Below, piece by piece: positions 61,757 to 64,000 of a stretch of 64,000 bases of DNA. Origin of the DNA: Azolla caroliniana (taxonomy: Eukaryota > Plantae > Polypodiophyta). Where the stretch lies: the NCBI GenBank assembly GCA_043228905.1, contig JBHGNT010000010.1, forward strand, positions 5,394,001 to 5,458,000. Direction: 5' to 3'. Both the position numbers and the translations under genes were made by a program. The notes beneath the pieces are model-generated. The model searched no databases, was not told the origin of the DNA, and was given only the letters and a program-made list of their open reading frames with translations. The first letter of the stretch is position 1; each line of letters opens with the position of its first letter.

Positions 61757-63381
61757 TGTCGGGAGACAGGTCCCTCCGGATGGGACCTTCTTAATGAAAG
61801 ACTTGGGTTCGGCAAGACAGATGCTGGGGATGCACATAATTCAGGACCGATCAAAGAAGCAATTATGGTTGTCATAGGAGAAGTACGTGACAAAGGTGCT
61901 TCATCGGTTCAACATGTCAGATGCGAAACCGGTTGGATCGACACTTCCGGCAAACTGCAGGTTATCCGGTAAGCAAAGCCTGAAGACGAAAGCAGAGAAG
62001 GCGGATATGATGAAGATTCCATATGCCTCTGCCATCGGGAGCTTGATGTACACAATGGTGTGTACCCGACCGGATATAGGATACGCAGTCGGAGTGGTGA
62101 GCCGGTTTATGAGCAATCCCGGCAAGGAGCACTGGAACGCGGTCAAATGGATACTCCGGTATTTGAAGGGCACTTCAAATATGTTTCTCCGATTCGGCTC
62201 TAGAAAACCTCAACTTGACGGTTTCACCGATTCGGACATGTCAGCTGATGTGGACACCAGCCGGTCTACATCCGGGTATGTAATGACATATGCAGGGGGT
62301 GCTGTTTCGTGGCAGTCGAGGCTGTAGAAGACGGTTGCATTGTCAACCACGAAGGCGGAGTACATAGCAGCTATGGAAGCCGGCAAGGAAATCTTATGGA
62401 TGAAGGACTTCATCGGAGAGCTTGGTATCCGGCAAGATGAATACCGGCTCTATTGCGATAGTCAAAGTGCCATCCATCTTGCTAAGAATGCGGCCTACCA
62501 TTCCCGGACGAAGCATATCCAGCGAAGATATCAATGGATCCGGGAAAGAGTAGATGACCCTGAGTTCGCGCTGACGAAGATCCACATGGCCGAGAACGGA
62601 TCAGATATGCTGACCAAAGTGCTGATACCCGACAAGCTGGATGCATGTCGTAAGAGGATCGGACTAGTAAGACACCCCATGCCGGAGTGAAGGGGGAGTT
62701 TGTTGGGAGACAGGTCCCTCCGGATGGGAAGGGAGAAGAATAGTGCCTATGAACAAACTCGGCCGAGGCCGATAGGCCGAGGCTGGAACCGTATGAGGAG
62801 TACCCGGCTACGGAGAGCTGGATGGTGCAGACCCGGTGAGAACCGGATGAGGAGTACCCGGCTACGGAGAGCCGGATGGTGCATACCCGGTGAGAACCGG
62901 ATGAGGAGTACCTAGCTACGGAGAGCCGGATGGTGCAGACCCAGTGAGAACCGTATGAGGAGTACCCGGCTACGGAGAGCCGGATGGTGCAGACCCGGTG
63001 AGAACCGTATGAGGAGTACCCGGCTACGTAGAGCCGGATGGTGTAGACCCGGTGAGAACCGGATGAGGAGTAGCCGGCTACGGAGAGCCGGATGGTGCAG
63101 ACCCGGTGAGAACCGGATGAGGAGTACCCGGCTACGGAAAGCCGGATGGTGCAGAGCCGGTGAGAACCGGATGAGGAGTACCCTACTACGGAGAGCTGGA
63201 TGGTGTAGACCCGGTGAGAACCGAATGAAGAGACATATTCGTAAATATGTTTCTGAGAGTCCATCATGGCTATATTTGTAAATAGCCGAAATGTCATATT
63301 AGTATAAATATGACTTAGGGCAAACTTTTAGTAGTGTTGTCATTCTTGTTGGTGCAAGGAGAGAGAGAGCGCGTAACTGTG

Positions 63382-63432
<51 letters not shown>

Positions 63433-63700
63433 GTTGTTGCCTATGTTGTAACCGCCGCCTGTGGCGAGGATTGTGACCACGAGGTCGTTGCCTCCATGAA
63501 CTCATTGTTGTACATTCTAACATAATGATAGTTTCCAGCCTGTGGGCTGCCGTGGTTTTTTCCCTTAGTTTGGGTTTTCCACGTAAACATCCTGCGTACT
63601 CGTCTCTTCTTCGTGTCGTTCATTATTTCCCGTTTTCTATGTATGATCTAAGCTTGGTTGTGGCCGAGCGTCGTGTATAGGGAGCGTGCAGTTCTCGTCA
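61757..63700 (+). mobile_element. Copia element J with a large internal deletion (5' LTR stub fused to RT end and RNase H; 3' LTR 62701..63700)
   Basis: TSD ATACG on both sides; ~28 bp of 5' LTR joined to TFLMKDLG; RNase H to 62690; PPT GAAGGGGGAG. Confidence 0.92.
62790..63226. repeat. 54-bp minisatellite, ~8 copies, in the J 3' LTR
   Basis: Unit GAGTACCCGGCTACGGAGAGCCGGATGGTGCAGACCCGGTGAGAACCGGATGAG. Confidence 0.92.
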
Positions 63701-64000
63701 ATACGTTGCATCGCCGATTGGTTCACATGTTGTTGAACTTGGATTGAAGACTTCGGCATTAAAGAGTATGCAAGATAGGGGTTGTAGCTCAAATGGTAGA
63801 GCGCTCGTTTCGCATTTGAGAGGTACCGGATCCCATACCCCCTTTTCCAATTGTGTTATCTTGATACGTTGCATATTTGATTGTTTCACGTGTTGTTAAA
63901 TCGTGGATTAAAGACCTCAAAATTAAAGAGCATACAAGACACAACATGTAGCTCAAATGGTAGAGCATTTCCTTCGCATGCAAGAGGTATGGGGATCGAT
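63701..64000 (+). repeat. tRNA-Ala array, continuing beyond the window end
   Basis: tRNA-like heads at ~63778 and ~63943 (period ~165) with the conserved spacer. Confidence 0.88.

Noticed and set aside
62482-63297. 271-aa ORF with 18-aa repeats, and similar ORFs at 60529-60962
   Set aside because: By-product of a stop-free 54-bp LTR minisatellite.
32340-64000. Cluster of functional tRNA-Ala genes
   Set aside because: Most heads have broken stems or deletions; only 33105..33177 is close to canonical.

Overview
Eukaryotic land-plant nuclear DNA, probably a non-seed plant such as a fern (inferred from retroelement types and a GC-rich plastid fragment). The first ~13 kb holds two convergent intron-containing genes: an NSR/RBP1-like single-RRM RNA-binding protein (+, 6 exons, probable U12 intron) and an ALS3/STAR2-like ABC transporter membrane subunit (-, 3 exons). 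From ~13 kb on the window is almost all nested LTR retroelements. These include Ty1/copia elements (one intact and young), a tRNA-Trp-primed Ty3/gypsy group with 4-bp CG-centred target sites and gag-only derivatives, solo LTRs, a LINE remnant and a chromovirus-like gag. The most unusual structure is a tandem array of tRNA-Ala-derived monomers (~165 or ~230 bp) from ~32.3 kb past the window end. It shows A/B dimer alternation, has captured a plastid psaA fragment, and is the substrate for four independent LTR insertions with intact TSDs. All coordinates were read by hand; identity estimates are rough manual counts.
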